Shown: one piece after another, positions 31,701 through 41,325 of the stretch
Layout: each line of letters begins with the position of its first letter
Numbering within the stretch: the first letter of the stretch is position 1
Assembly: GCA_963707345.1 (NCBI GenBank)
Contig: CAVPPE010000003.1
Span: forward strand, 440,426-504,425
Direction of reading: 5' to 3'
Source: an uncultured Chloroflexia bacterium
GTDB taxonomy: Bacteria; Chloroflexota; Anaerolineae; Promineifilales; UBA4811
Length of the DNA: 64,000 nt
Notes under the pieces: model-generated
The model's database searches: none
Told to the model about the DNA's origin: nothing
The model's input: only the letters and a program-made list of their open reading frames with translations
Made by a program: the position numbers and the translations under genes

Positions 31701-32876
31701 TTACTCCTCGCTTGGGTCTTTGCCCAGTGGGCTGATGGCTCGCAGTCTCTCAATCACCTCGGTGATAGCGCCGGCCACGGCGTCCACGTCCTCCGGCCGG
31801 TTGAAACGGCCAAAGGTAAAGCGCACCGAGCCATGTGCCCGCTCGTGGTTGCCGCCGATACCCAGCATCACGTGGCTGGCCTCCAGCGAGCGACTGAAGC
31901 ATGCCGAGCCAGTGCTGACGGCAAAGCCACGCATGTCCAGATGCAATAGGATCGATTCGCCCTCCACAAAGCGGAAAGAGACGTTGGCGTTGTGCGGCAG
32001 CCGATGGATGGGGTGTCCGTTGAGAGTGGAATGGGGGATCCGCAGCAGTTGCTCGATCAGGCGGTCACGCATGGATTGCAGCCGGCCGGTCTCCTCCGGC
32101 GTCACCAGTTCAATTGCCTTGGCAAAGCCAACGGCGGCCGGGATGTTTTCGGCACCTCCGCGCAGGTTAAACTCCTGAAATCCGCCATCCATCCATTTTG
32201 CCAGCGGGGTTCCCTGGCGCACGTACAGGCCGCCGACCCCCTTTGGTCCGTGAACCCGGCTGGGGGTAATGGAGATCAGATCGATCGGCGTCTCCTGCAC
32301 GTTGATCGGGATGCGGGGGTAGGAGTGGGTGGCGTCGGTGTGGAACAGCACGCCGTTTTCCTTGCAGATAGCGCCAATGGCCTGGATGTCCTGCAGCGTG
32401 CCGATCTCCTGGTTGGCCGCTTGTACCGTGACCAGGATGGTCTGCGGGGTCAATGCGCTGCGCAGATGGTCCAGGTTCACCCGGCCGGTTGGGTCCACCG
32501 GCAGGAGTGTGACCGAAAACCCCTGTCTTTCCAAAGCCCGCACGCTGTACAGCACCGCAAAATCCTCGACGCTGGTGGTGATGAGGTGCTGCCCCTTCTT
32601 CCTACCCAACGCCATCGCCACCCCTTTGATGGCCAGGTTGCTGGCCTCGGTGCTGCCGGAGGTAAAGATGACCTCCTCCGGCGCAGCGTTCACCGAGCCG
32701 GCAATGCTGGCGCGGGCAGCGTCCAGCGCGTCCTTGGCGTCCACGCCGGGAGAGTAGCCGAATTGGGATGTGGCGACCGCGTACGTCTCAAAAAAGTAGG
32801 GGGTCATTGCCTCCAGCACCCGCTCGTCCAGGCGGGTGGCGGCCGCGTTGTCCAGATAGACTGTTTTTCCAAGCAT
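31701..32876 (-). CDS. IscS-like class V aminotransferase fold protein lacking the PLP lysine
   Basis: YLDNAA, FTSGSTEASN and STGSACFS retained; SxHK site reads TPSR. Confidence 0.85.
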   Translation of the reverse strand: MLGKTVYLDNAAATRLDERVLEAMTPYFFETYAVATSQFGYSPGVDAKDALDAARASIAGSVNAAPEEVIFTSGSTEASNLAIKGVAMALGRKKGQHLITTSVEDFAVLYSVRALERQGFSVTLLPVDPTGRVNLDHLRSALTPQTILVTVQAANQEIGTLQDIQAIGAICKENGVLFHTDATHSYPRIPINVQETPIDLISITPSRVHGPKGVGGLYVRQGTPLAKWMDGGFQEFNLRGGAENIPAAVGFAKAIELVTPEETGRLQSMRDRLIEQLLRIPHSTLNGHPIHRLPHNANVSFRFVEGESILLHLDMRGFAVSTGSACFSRSLEASHVMLGIGGNHERAHGSVRFTFGRFNRPEDVDAVAGAITEVIERLRAISPLGKDPSEE

Positions 32877-32952
32877 CAATCGTTTATCCCTTTGACCATC
32901 TTTGCATCTGCGCAACTGGTGGGCTCGGCCGGAGCGGTTTCATGTGCCCAAG

Positions 32953-33051
32953 GTAACTGCCCAGCCAGTATCAAGTTGTTCGGGGTGTGAGAGCGCGGAG
33001 CGCCCGCACACCCCAGCTTTCCGTTCCCAAGCCCATGGGCTTGGTAGTTAC
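32953..33051 (+). repeat. ~100-bp dispersed TIR/hairpin repeat, copy C
   Basis: Ends GTAACTGCCCAG...CTTGGTAGTTAC; central hairpin with GC-GGA-GC loop. Confidence 0.85.
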
Positions 33052-33218
33052 TGACTAAGTATAGCAGGAGAGGGGGCAGTTCGTCCAGGACAAAAGTCAT
33101 ATATTTATCTGAAAAACCTCGCATGACAGGCGTGTTTCAGATGCCAGTGTGAGGGTGAAACCGGCCGGAAAGGCCAGGTTGCGTAATGGATACACGGGTG
33201 CGAACTGCCGGCCGTCCG

Positions 33219-35561
33219 CTAGTCTCGGACGGGGAGCAGGAAAACCGGCGATTGAGATTGATCCACCACCCGTTTGGCCGCGCTGCCCATGATGAGGCGA
33301 TCCAGGCCACCGCGGCCGCGTGTGGATAGCATGATCAGGTCGGCGTGTTCGGCCTCGGCCGTCTCCACGATGGTTCGCACGGGATACGACCCGGTCACGA
33401 TGGTCTGCACGCTCACACACTCGTCACAAATGTAGGCTGCCACGTCGTTCAAATAGTGCCACAGTTGCCCCTCTGCTTCAGCACGCATTCTTCCCACCCG
33501 GTCAGGCGCTGCACCAAACTCATCCGCTTCCGGCACTTCGGGCACCGACAACAGCACAATCTTGGCCTTGAACGCGGCCGCCAGCGCCCTGGCGTACGGC
33601 AGAATGCGCTCGGCGAATTCAGAGCCGTCCAGATTGACCAGCAAGGTTTCAATCTTTGGCTCGCTCGAGCCATCAGACTGGACCAACAGCACCGGCTGGT
33701 TGATGGTGCTGACCAGCTTGCGGGCCACGCCGCCGCTTAACCAATGCCGGGCACCGGAGCCCCCCCGCGTGCTAGTCACTACCAGGTCGGCGTCGGTCTC
33801 ATTGATCAATTGGCCAATTGTCTCGGTGACCGAGCCGTTACCGGTGACAAAATCGACATTCAGGCCGGTTTTGCGCAGTTGGGCGGCCATGCGCGCAAGG
33901 TAATCTCTGTTCTCTTCCAGCGCTGATACCAGGGTGAGGTGGGTGGCATACTTTCGGCAGATAGTCTGTGCCATCGGCAATGCCTGTTCGGCAAAGGATG
34001 AGCCGTCGAGTGGAACCAACAAGTGGTCCGGGCCAATGGGGTCTCCGCTGAGCCGGACGGCCAGGGCTGGCGAGGGGTGCCAATCGGCCGGGGCAGCGCG
34101 GGCCCTCACCGGCCGGCGGCCGAGGTTGCCGGTCACCTGGCGGATCGCCTGGCCCAAACCAAAGCCGCCCAGCATGCCACCGTGAATTTCGCCCATTGCC
34201 TCTCTCATCGCGCCGGGTTCGCCCAGCGTGCGCCGGAAGTAGTCAAAGATGGTGTACAGGATGGGAATAAAAACCAGGTAGGTCCAGGCACCCTCCAAGA
34301 AACGTTCGGAAAAGATGAGGACGGTTGCGCCGGAGGTAAGCAATGCGGCGATGCTGGTCCCAATCAACAGCGCGGCGATTGTGGGCGTAAAATTACGGCC
34401 CAGTTCTCGCAACAATCTTTTGGCGGCCGCCCAGCCAGTCATGCTGAGCAGGATAAAGACCCCGGCCGCATAGATTGCAAGGTAAGTTTCCTCGTGGGTG
34501 CCAAACAGCATAAAGATGAGGCAGGCCAGCCCCACTTCAATCCAGACCGGCTTGTCAGCGACCTCGAACTTGTTCCTCTGGCCCAGCGAGGGGGGAATGT
34601 AGTGGCGTTCCTTGAGTCCCAGCGCCAGGTTTTGCAGCCCCTGAGCGCTGGCGGCCGAAGCTGACATCAACACCGCAATGCCCACCAGTGTGCCCAAGTA
34701 GGGTAGAGGCGCGGGCAGTATCAAGTCCATCGTCTGGGTAAAGACCGATACTTCTCTGTTCAACGGGTCTGCCAGATCAAAGATAGCCGGGCCCACAACC
34801 AGCATGGTCACGGCTGTGGTTCCCATGACGATGATCAGGCTACCGAACGCTTTGTTGCTTTTCTGCTGGGGTGTGCCGTCATAGGCGGCCACCAGGTTGG
34901 CAAACACCTCAATGCCGGTCATCACCGCCAGGATGCGCGTAAAACCGCCAAATGTGAAATGGAGGTTGGCTGGCGAAAATGCCTGCGGGTTGATACTGGG
35001 CAAGCGAAAGCCATATTTCCAGATGGAAGCAAAGACCATTAGCCAGAGCAGCAGCAGCACCCCGGCCGTGGCCGGGCCAAATGCCCGCGCCGCCACCTTT
35101 GGCCCCCGGTTCACCACCCATCCGATCAGGACGCTCAACACGACGGCAACCAAGGTGCGGTACTGAATCCCCAGCACGGCTTCGTTCAACATCGGAAAAC
35201 GGTCGGCGATAAAGGTGACCAGGGCGGCCATGCTGACCAGGAAGGTGAGCGTGTACTCAATGAAGGTGATGCTGGCGTTAACTTTGACCGCCCACCGGCC
35301 GAACTCTTCCTCGCTCAACCCGCTGCCGCCGCTGCCATCGGTCACCCAGTTCATCACCAGCCGGTACATGGCGGAAACCATGGTGATGGTCAGGATGACC
35401 AGCCAGATCGTGGCGCCAAAGGTGATGCTGGCAACACCTCCGACAACGATCAGTTTGAGAAATGGCCCAAACACGTACAGGGGGGAGGTCGCCGGATCGC
35501 CTCCGCCGGCCAGGGCGCCTTCCAATGAATTTGAGAGCTTGTGGGTGGGTGCGTGCGCCAC
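33219..35561 (-). CDS. APC-superfamily transporter fused to two universal stress protein domains
   Basis: About 12 TM (TGIEVFAN motif) followed by LLVPLDGS and LLVNLDGS...STRGRGGLDRLIMGS. Confidence 0.82.
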   Translation of the reverse strand: MAHAPTHKLSNSLEGALAGGGDPATSPLYVFGPFLKLIVVGGVASITFGATIWLVILTITMVSAMYRLVMNWVTDGSGGSGLSEEEFGRWAVKVNASITFIEYTLTFLVSMAALVTFIADRFPMLNEAVLGIQYRTLVAVVLSVLIGWVVNRGPKVAARAFGPATAGVLLLLWLMVFASIWKYGFRLPSINPQAFSPANLHFTFGGFTRILAVMTGIEVFANLVAAYDGTPQQKSNKAFGSLIIVMGTTAVTMLVVGPAIFDLADPLNREVSVFTQTMDLILPAPLPYLGTLVGIAVLMSASAASAQGLQNLALGLKERHYIPPSLGQRNKFEVADKPVWIEVGLACLIFMLFGTHEETYLAIYAAGVFILLSMTGWAAAKRLLRELGRNFTPTIAALLIGTSIAALLTSGATVLIFSERFLEGAWTYLVFIPILYTIFDYFRRTLGEPGAMREAMGEIHGGMLGGFGLGQAIRQVTGNLGRRPVRARAAPADWHPSPALAVRLSGDPIGPDHLLVPLDGSSFAEQALPMAQTICRKYATHLTLVSALEENRDYLARMAAQLRKTGLNVDFVTGNGSVTETIGQLINETDADLVVTSTRGGSGARHWLSGGVARKLVSTINQPVLLVQSDGSSEPKIETLLVNLDGSEFAERILPYARALAAAFKAKIVLLSVPEVPEADEFGAAPDRVGRMRAEAEGQLWHYLNDVAAYICDECVSVQTIVTGSYPVRTIVETAEAEHADLIMLSTRGRGGLDRLIMGSAAKRVVDQSQSPVFLLPVRD

Positions 35562-35649
35562 GCCGCTGTCCTTCCAACGAATTATAGTAATGAAACAACA
35601 CGCATTTATACATCAAAACCGGCCGCGATGCTAACGTACTTGTGCCCAA

Positions 35650-35705
35650 ATTGCACACCAATTCCACCAGGTCTCCACAGCTTCTCCACACTTCTTTGCT
35701 ATCCT
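35650..35705 (+). promoter_or_regulatory. Four 11-bp-phased repeats plus extended -10 (putative OmpR-family site 2)
   Basis: ATTGCACA/ATTCCACC/TCTCCACA/TCTCCACA at 35650, 35661, 35672, 35683; TGcTATCCT with -10 at 35700. Confidence 0.75.
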
Positions 35706-35764
35706 ATGGTCAGTTTACTGAAGCGATCACCTATCACAAGTATTGTATACAAGGAGTGTATGGT

Positions 35765-36547
35765 ATGAAGACCGTTTTCAAGATAGCTGGAATTGGGTTT
35801 GTATTGTTGGCAGTGCTGGCGCTGGGAGTGACCCTGGTGCTGGCCCAGGAGCCGGCGCCAGAGGCCGAGCCGGCCGAGGTGCCAGAGTGGGGCGGCCCGT
35901 TTGGCGGCCGCGGCCGGATGGGACATGGTGGCATGGGCTTTGCTCCTGACGGCGGCATGTTCGACACGCTGGCAGAGCAATTCGGGATGACGATTGAGGA
36001 AATCATGACCGAATTGCGCAGCGGCATCAGCGTTGCCGAGTTGGCAGAGAGCAACGGTGTGGATGTAGAGGCGTTGATTGACGCGCTGACCGCCGACGCC
36101 CGTGAAAAGATCACCGAGCGGGTGCAGACCCCCTGGACCGGCGGTTTTGCGGGCATGCGCGGTGGCTCGCTGGTGAGCACGCTGGCTGAACTGCTCGAGA
36201 TGGATGTGGCAGATGTCGTGACTGAATTGCAGACAGGCATCAGCATTGCCGAGCTGGCGGAGAGCCACGGTCTGGAGCCGCAACAGGTAGTGGATGCTTT
36301 CCTGGCAGACCATCAAGCCATGCTGGACGCGGCCGTTGAGTCCGGCCGGATCACCCAGGAGCAGGCCGACGAGATGCAGGCACACATGGCTGAAGAGATT
36401 GCCGAGCGGATCACCGAGCCCTGGTCTGCGGGTAACTGTGGCTCCGGCATGCGGCCGGGTGGCTTTGGCGGCCATGGAATGCGCGGCGGCCAGGGCATGT
36501 GGGGCGGCCAGCCGGGCGGTGACTCCCCTCGTGGCCCCAGCTTTTAG
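35765..36547 (+). CDS. Secreted protein with two helical repeats and Gly/Met-rich linkers
   Basis: Signal peptide (VLA-QE); repeats GISVAELAESNG and GISIAELAESHG; AAGGAG RBS. Confidence 0.8.
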   Translation: MKTVFKIAGIGFVLLAVLALGVTLVLAQEPAPEAEPAEVPEWGGPFGGRGRMGHGGMGFAPDGGMFDTLAEQFGMTIEEIMTELRSGISVAELAESNGVDVEALIDALTADAREKITERVQTPWTGGFAGMRGGSLVSTLAELLEMDVADVVTELQTGISIAELAESHGLEPQQVVDAFLADHQAMLDAAVESGRITQEQADEMQAHMAEEIAERITEPWSAGNCGSGMRPGGFGGHGMRGGQGMWGGQPGGDSPRGPSF

Positions 36548-36566
36548 CAAAGCGGGTTGACGGTTG

Positions 36567-36606
36567 ACGGGTAATGGGGTACCCTCCCCATTACCCGTTG
36601 TTTTTT
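36567..36606 (+). terminator. Intrinsic terminator
   Basis: ACGGGTAATGGGG...CCCCATTACCCGT plus T-tract. Confidence 0.75.
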
Positions 36607-36618
36607 GGGTCTGGTGGT

Positions 36619-37332
36619 ATGAAAACGATCTTGGTGGTGGACGACGAGCCGGAAATCATCCGTGTTGCCAGGGGATACCTGGAGCGAGCGGGATTTCGGG
36701 TCGTCTCGGCCGGGGACGGCAACGCTGCGCTGATCGCCTTTCGCCGGGAACAGCCGGACCTGGTAGTGCTGGACCTGAACCTGCCTGCGCCACCCGGCCG
36801 GCAGCCACTGGACGGGCTGGATGTGGCGCGAACGATTCGCCAATCCCGCGGCCCGGCCGCCAACATCCCCATCATCATGCTCACCGCCCGCGTGGATGAG
36901 ACAGACCGGGTGATTGGGCTGGAACTGGGGGCCGACGATTACGTCCCCAAGCCTTTTAGCCCTCGCGAGCTGGTGGCGCGGGTGCGGGCGGTTTTGCGTC
37001 GGACCGCCCCGGCACTGGCCGAGGCCGAACCCATCATTCGCGCCGGCCGGCTGACGGTCGACCCCGGACGGCGCAGCGTTACGCTGGACGACCAGCCGGT
37101 GGAACTCACACCGACCGAGTTTACCTTGTTGTGGACGATTGCGGCCGCACCCGGCCGTGTCTTTAGCCGGCCGCAGCTACTGGATGCGCTGGGATTGGAC
37201 TATGAGGGGTTGGAACGGACGATTGACAGCCACATCAAAAACCTGCGTGCCAAAATCGAAGCCGACACCCAGAACCCCGAGTTTGTGCTGACGGTTTTTG
37301 GCACAGGGTACAAGTTCAATGAGCGCATCTAG
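36619..37332 (+). CDS. OmpR/BaeR-family response regulator
   Basis: ILVVDDE, LDLNLP, GADDYVPKPF, winged helix IDSHIKNLRAK. Confidence 0.95.
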   Translation: MKTILVVDDEPEIIRVARGYLERAGFRVVSAGDGNAALIAFRREQPDLVVLDLNLPAPPGRQPLDGLDVARTIRQSRGPAANIPIIMLTARVDETDRVIGLELGADDYVPKPFSPRELVARVRAVLRRTAPALAEAEPIIRAGRLTVDPGRRSVTLDDQPVELTPTEFTLLWTIAAAPGRVFSRPQLLDALGLDYEGLERTIDSHIKNLRAKIEADTQNPEFVLTVFGTGYKFNERI

Positions 37333-38770
37333 CCGCCGCCGGCCGCAGCTGGGATTCTTTGCCAAGCTGATGGGGGCGTTTATCATCGTGGTGCTGGTGG
37401 TGGGCTTGCTGGTCACCTGGCGGGTGGGTTGGGCCACACAGCGCGAATTTGACCTCTTTGCCTCCAATGTCAGCCGGCAACAGGCGGAGCGGCTGGTGCC
37501 CCTGTTCACCGCTTATTACGAGTTGGCCGGTGGGTGGGAAGGCGTGGACGAGTTGCTTTCCATCTGGCCCGGCGATTTTGCCCCGCGGCGCAATATGCCC
37601 ATGCGGCCGGAGGGGATGATGCCGGGAGGGATGGGGAACGACTTTTGGCGCGTGACCGAGATCGACGTAGTGATCGTCGGCACCGATGGGCAGGTGGTGG
37701 CCGCCTCGGCCGAGGAGTGGGTTGGTAAGCAGGTGCACAAGGAGCAGTTGGCGGCCGGGGCGCCGGTCTGGGTGGATGGGGAGTTGGTTGGAATGGTGCT
37801 GGTCACCGTGGGTGCGGTTTCTGGCAACCAGATTGATGCTTACTTGACCCAGGTCGGCCGGGCCACCTGGCTGGCGGCGCTGGTCGCCGGGCTGGTGGCG
37901 CTGGTGCTGGGCGGTCTTATCACCTGGGGGGTGACCCGGCCGATGCGCGAGTTGACCCAGGCGGCCGAGGCGATTGCGGCCGGTGACCTGAGCCAGCGGG
38001 TCCACATCTCCGGCGGAGACGAGATTGGCGAGCTGGCCGCGGCGTTTAACCGTATGGCGGCCGAGTTGCAGCAGGCAGAAGAGTTGCGCCGGCAGATGAC
38101 GGCCGACATCGCTCACGAGCTGCGCACCCCGCTCAGCGTCATTCAGGGGAACGTGGAAGCGCTGCAAGATGGCGTTTTCCCGCTCACCATGGAGGCGCTG
38201 GAGCCCATCCAGGCCAAGACGGAACTGCTGGCGCGATTGGTGGAGGATTTGCGCAACCTGGCACTGGCGGAAGCCGGCCGGCTGCCGCTGGATCGCCAGC
38301 CCACCGACCTGGCGGAGTTGGTGCAGCGGGTGATCGTGGGCTTTCATCCGGCCGCCGAGGCGAGATCGATTGACATGACGTTGTTGCCGGCCGGGCCGTT
38401 GCCCCCGGCCGATCTGGATCCGCAACGAATCGAGCAGGTGCTCGTAAACCTGCTCTCCAATGCCCTGCGCCACACGCCGAATAGCGGCCGGATTGCGGTG
38501 GAAATCTCCCCGGCCGGGCCGGACAGGCTGACCGCGCGAGTGACGGACAGTGGGCCAGGCATCCCGGCCGCGGATTTGCTGCGGGTCTTTGAGCGCTTTT
38601 ACCGTGTGGACAAGGGGCGGGCGCGTGGCCAGGATGGGGATGGAACCGGACTGGGGTTGGCGGTGGCGCGCTCCATCGTAGAAGCGCACGGGGGCAAGAT
38701 TGGCGTGGAAAGCGAGCTGGGTCAAGGGGCCAGTTTCTGGTTCACCGTGCCGACCGCCCCCCGCGCATAG
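37319..38770 (+). CDS. BaeS-like HAMP sensor histidine kinase
   Basis: 2 TM, HAMP domain, ADIAHELRTPL, N/G1/G2 boxes. Confidence 0.95.
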   Translation: MSASSRRRPQLGFFAKLMGAFIIVVLVVGLLVTWRVGWATQREFDLFASNVSRQQAERLVPLFTAYYELAGGWEGVDELLSIWPGDFAPRRNMPMRPEGMMPGGMGNDFWRVTEIDVVIVGTDGQVVAASAEEWVGKQVHKEQLAAGAPVWVDGELVGMVLVTVGAVSGNQIDAYLTQVGRATWLAALVAGLVALVLGGLITWGVTRPMRELTQAAEAIAAGDLSQRVHISGGDEIGELAAAFNRMAAELQQAEELRRQMTADIAHELRTPLSVIQGNVEALQDGVFPLTMEALEPIQAKTELLARLVEDLRNLALAEAGRLPLDRQPTDLAELVQRVIVGFHPAAEARSIDMTLLPAGPLPPADLDPQRIEQVLVNLLSNALRHTPNSGRIAVEISPAGPDRLTARVTDSGPGIPAADLLRVFERFYRVDKGRARGQDGDGTGLGLAVARSIVEAHGGKIGVESELGQGASFWFTVPTAPRA

Positions 38771-38790
38771 TCCGGTTCGGTTCTCGGCCG

Positions 38791-38846
38791 GCTGCATTGC
38801 AATTCCACTGTATCTCCACAGAATCTCCATAATTTGTTGATATGAT
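38791..38846 (+). promoter_or_regulatory. Four 11-bp-phased repeats plus extended -10 (putative OmpR-family site 3)
   Basis: GCTGCATT/ATTCCACT/TCTCCACA/TCTCCATA at 38791, 38802, 38813, 38824; TGaTATGAT with -10 at 38841. Confidence 0.75.
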
Positions 38847-38847
38847 T

Positions 38848-38938
38848 TGGGTGTGTTTCATCTCAGCGGAAAGTAGTCCAAAATTGCGGTTTTCCCCCTT
38901 TCTCTTGAAGGTGCTTCCGCTCATTTGAAATGCACCCA
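38848..38938. repeat. 91-bp inverted-repeat element (MITE-like or structured leader)
   Basis: TGGGTGTGTTTCA...TGAAATGCACCCA outer arms; AGCGGAA/TTCCGCT inner arms. Confidence 0.55.
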
Positions 38939-39037
38939 TATGATTTTGGGTGACTGCCAAGCCCTCTGGCTGGTTGAGCAGGCAAGTGGTCGTTTTCCTG
39001 GCAGCAGGTCAGGCGATTTTTGACAGGAGCAGGAGAG

Positions 39038-40612
39038 ATGAGAAAAAAAGGCTTGTGGGTCGGTTTGGCTCTGGTCGTGTTGGTGGGAGCCGTTGGCGGC
39101 CTGTACTACTATCGCAATATCTATGCGGCCGCCGCGGGGCCGGTGGAGGAACAAGCGATGCAGACAGCCACCGTCCGGCGCGGGTCGATTGTGATCTCGG
39201 CCAGCGGCGCGGGTACCGTTATCCCGGCCGCGGAACTGGACCTAACGTTTCAGTCGGGTGGCTTGTTGACCGAGCTGCTGGTGGAAGTGGGTGATTGGGT
39301 GCAGGTGGGCGATGTGCTGGCTCGCGTAGACGACACCCAGGCCCGCAAAGCGCTAATCGCGGCCGAGTTGCAACTGGTTCAGGCGCAGGAAAAGCTGGCC
39401 GACCTGTTGGATATCGCCAAGGAGCAGCAAGACCTGGCGCTGGCCGAAGCCAACCTGACGCTGGCGCAACTCAAGTTGGACGAGTTGCTCAACTGGGGGC
39501 CGGACCCGGAGACCATCGAGCAGACACAGGCCAGCCTGGAGGCGGCCCAGGCCGATTACGAGTCAGCCACCCGGAAATCGTCTTATGATCAGACGACCTC
39601 TGCTCGCATCAGCCTGGAGCAGGCCCAGCAGAGCCTGGCAGACGCCCAGGTAGCCTATGACACCGCCTATGACCCAGCCCGCGATTGGGAGTTGAACGAC
39701 CCGCGCCAAGCCACCCGGCTGGAAAACGAACGGGAATCGGCCGCGCGCAACCTGGAAAAAGCGCAACAGAATCTTGAAATTGCGCAGGCAAACTATAACC
39801 TCGCTTGGGCCGGCGTCAGTGAAAGCGCCGAGCTGACCGCCTGGAACAAGGTGCTCAATGCCCAGGCGGCGCTGGTTGATGCCCAGGCCGGCCCCGACCA
39901 GCAGGAGGTCCAGTCGGCCCAAATCCAGGTGCTGCAGGCGCAAATCTCGCTGGCCAACGCACAGACGGCGCTGGAGGCCGGTTCGCAGGAGCTTGAACTC
40001 ACACTGGAACAGGCGCAGCTCAACCTGGAGATTGCCCAGCGAGACCTGGATGGCACAGCGCTGGTCGCGCCGATGGACGGGACGGTGATGTCAATCGCGG
40101 CCGGGGTGGGCGAGTATGCGGGCAGCGGGGTGTTTATCACCCTGGCTGCCATCGACCAGCCCAGCATTGAGGTTTACCTCGACGAGACCGACCTGAACAG
40201 CGTGGGGGTCGGCTTTGAGGTGGAGGTGGTCTTTGACGCGCTGCCTGATGCAACCTTCACCGGCCGGGTTGTTCGGGTCGATCCGGCGCTGGTGACGGTG
40301 CAGCAGGTACCGATGGTGCGGGCCATCGTGCAACTGGACGCTTCTTCCTACTCCAAGCCGCAAATTGTGCCCATTGGGGCCAACGCGACCGTGGATGTGA
40401 TCGGCGGCCGGGCGGAAAACGTGCTGCTGGTGCCGGTGGAGGCGCTCAACGAGATTTCTGCCGGCCGGTATGCTGTGTTTGTGATGCAGGATGGCGAGCC
40501 CGTGTTCACGCCGGTTGAAGTTGGGCTGATGGACTATAGCTTTGCCGAGATCCGCTCCGGACTTCAGCAGGGGGATGTGGTCACCACCGGCATTGTGGAG
40601 ACGGGTGGATGA
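39038..40612 (+). CDS. MacA/YknX-like efflux adaptor (membrane fusion protein)
   Basis: [16 protein letters not shown] lipoyl half, long coiled coil, LVAPMDGTV. Confidence 0.9.
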   Translation: MRKKGLWVGLALVVLVGAVGGLYYYRNIYAAAAGPVEEQAMQTATVRRGSIVISASGAGTVIPAAELDLTFQSGGLLTELLVEVGDWVQVGDVLARVDDTQARKALIAAELQLVQAQEKLADLLDIAKEQQDLALAEANLTLAQLKLDELLNWGPDPETIEQTQASLEAAQADYESATRKSSYDQTTSARISLEQAQQSLADAQVAYDTAYDPARDWELNDPRQATRLENERESAARNLEKAQQNLEIAQANYNLAWAGVSESAELTAWNKVLNAQAALVDAQAGPDQQEVQSAQIQVLQAQISLANAQTALEAGSQELELTLEQAQLNLEIAQRDLDGTALVAPMDGTVMSIAAGVGEYAGSGVFITLAAIDQPSIEVYLDETDLNSVGVGFEVEVVFDALPDATFTGRVVRVDPALVTVQQVPMVRAIVQLDASSYSKPQIVPIGANATVDVIGGRAENVLLVPVEALNEISAGRYAVFVMQDGEPVFTPVEVGLMDYSFAEIRSGLQQGDVVTTGIVETGG

Positions 40613-41325
40613 GCGAGCGGCCGATTATTGAGACGCACAGTCTGCGCAAAGTTTACGGCATGGGCGACGTGCAGGTGGCCGCTCTGGACGGCGTAGACAT
40701 CACGATCCGCGAGGGCGAGTTTGTGGCCGTGATGGGGCCTTCGGGCTCGGGCAAAAGCACGTTGATGAATATTGTGGGTTGCCTGGACCGGCCGACCGAG
40801 GGGCGATATGTGCTGAACGGCAAGGATGTGAGCAATCTGAACAAGGTCCAGCTAGCCAACATCCGCAACGAACAGATCGGGTTTATCTTCCAGTCCTATA
40901 ACCTGCTGTCGCGTACCTCGGCGCTGAAGAACGTGATGTTGCCCATGTTGTACCAGCGCAACGGCAAGTTGAGCCCGGCCGAGCTAGAGGAGCGAGCTGT
41001 TGCGGCGCTGGAAACGGTTGGTCTTGCGGATCGCATGTCCCACAAGCCACAGGAGTTGTCCGGCGGCCAGAACCAGCGGGTGGCCATCGCCAGGGCATTG
41101 GTCAACGATCCGGTTATTTTGCTGGCCGACGAACCCACCGGCAACCTGGACACGGCCTCTGGTGAGGAGATTATGGCCATCCTGCACGCATTGCACGGCC
41201 GCGGCCGGACCATTGTGATGGTGACCCACGACCCCGAGATTGCGGCCCACTCCCAACGGACTATCCACATGCGCGACGGGCGCATCGAAACCGACCAGCA
41301 GAACGGCGCGAAGCGAGGTGGGTGA
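40609..41325 (+). CDS. MacB/LolD-family ABC ATPase
   Basis: [23 protein letters not shown]. Confidence 0.95.
   Translation: MSERPIIETHSLRKVYGMGDVQVAALDGVDITIREGEFVAVMGPSGSGKSTLMNIVGCLDRPTEGRYVLNGKDVSNLNKVQLANIRNEQIGFIFQSYNLLSRTSALKNVMLPMLYQRNGKLSPAELEERAVAALETVGLADRMSHKPQELSGGQNQRVAIARALVNDPVILLADEPTGNLDTASGEEIMAILHALHGRGRTIVMVTHDPEIAAHSQRTIHMRDGRIETDQQNGAKRGG

Noticed and set aside
38950-38985. Possible degenerate extra copy of the TIR repeat (GTGACTGCCAAG...TTGAGCAGG)
   Set aside because: Too short and divergent, with no central hairpin.
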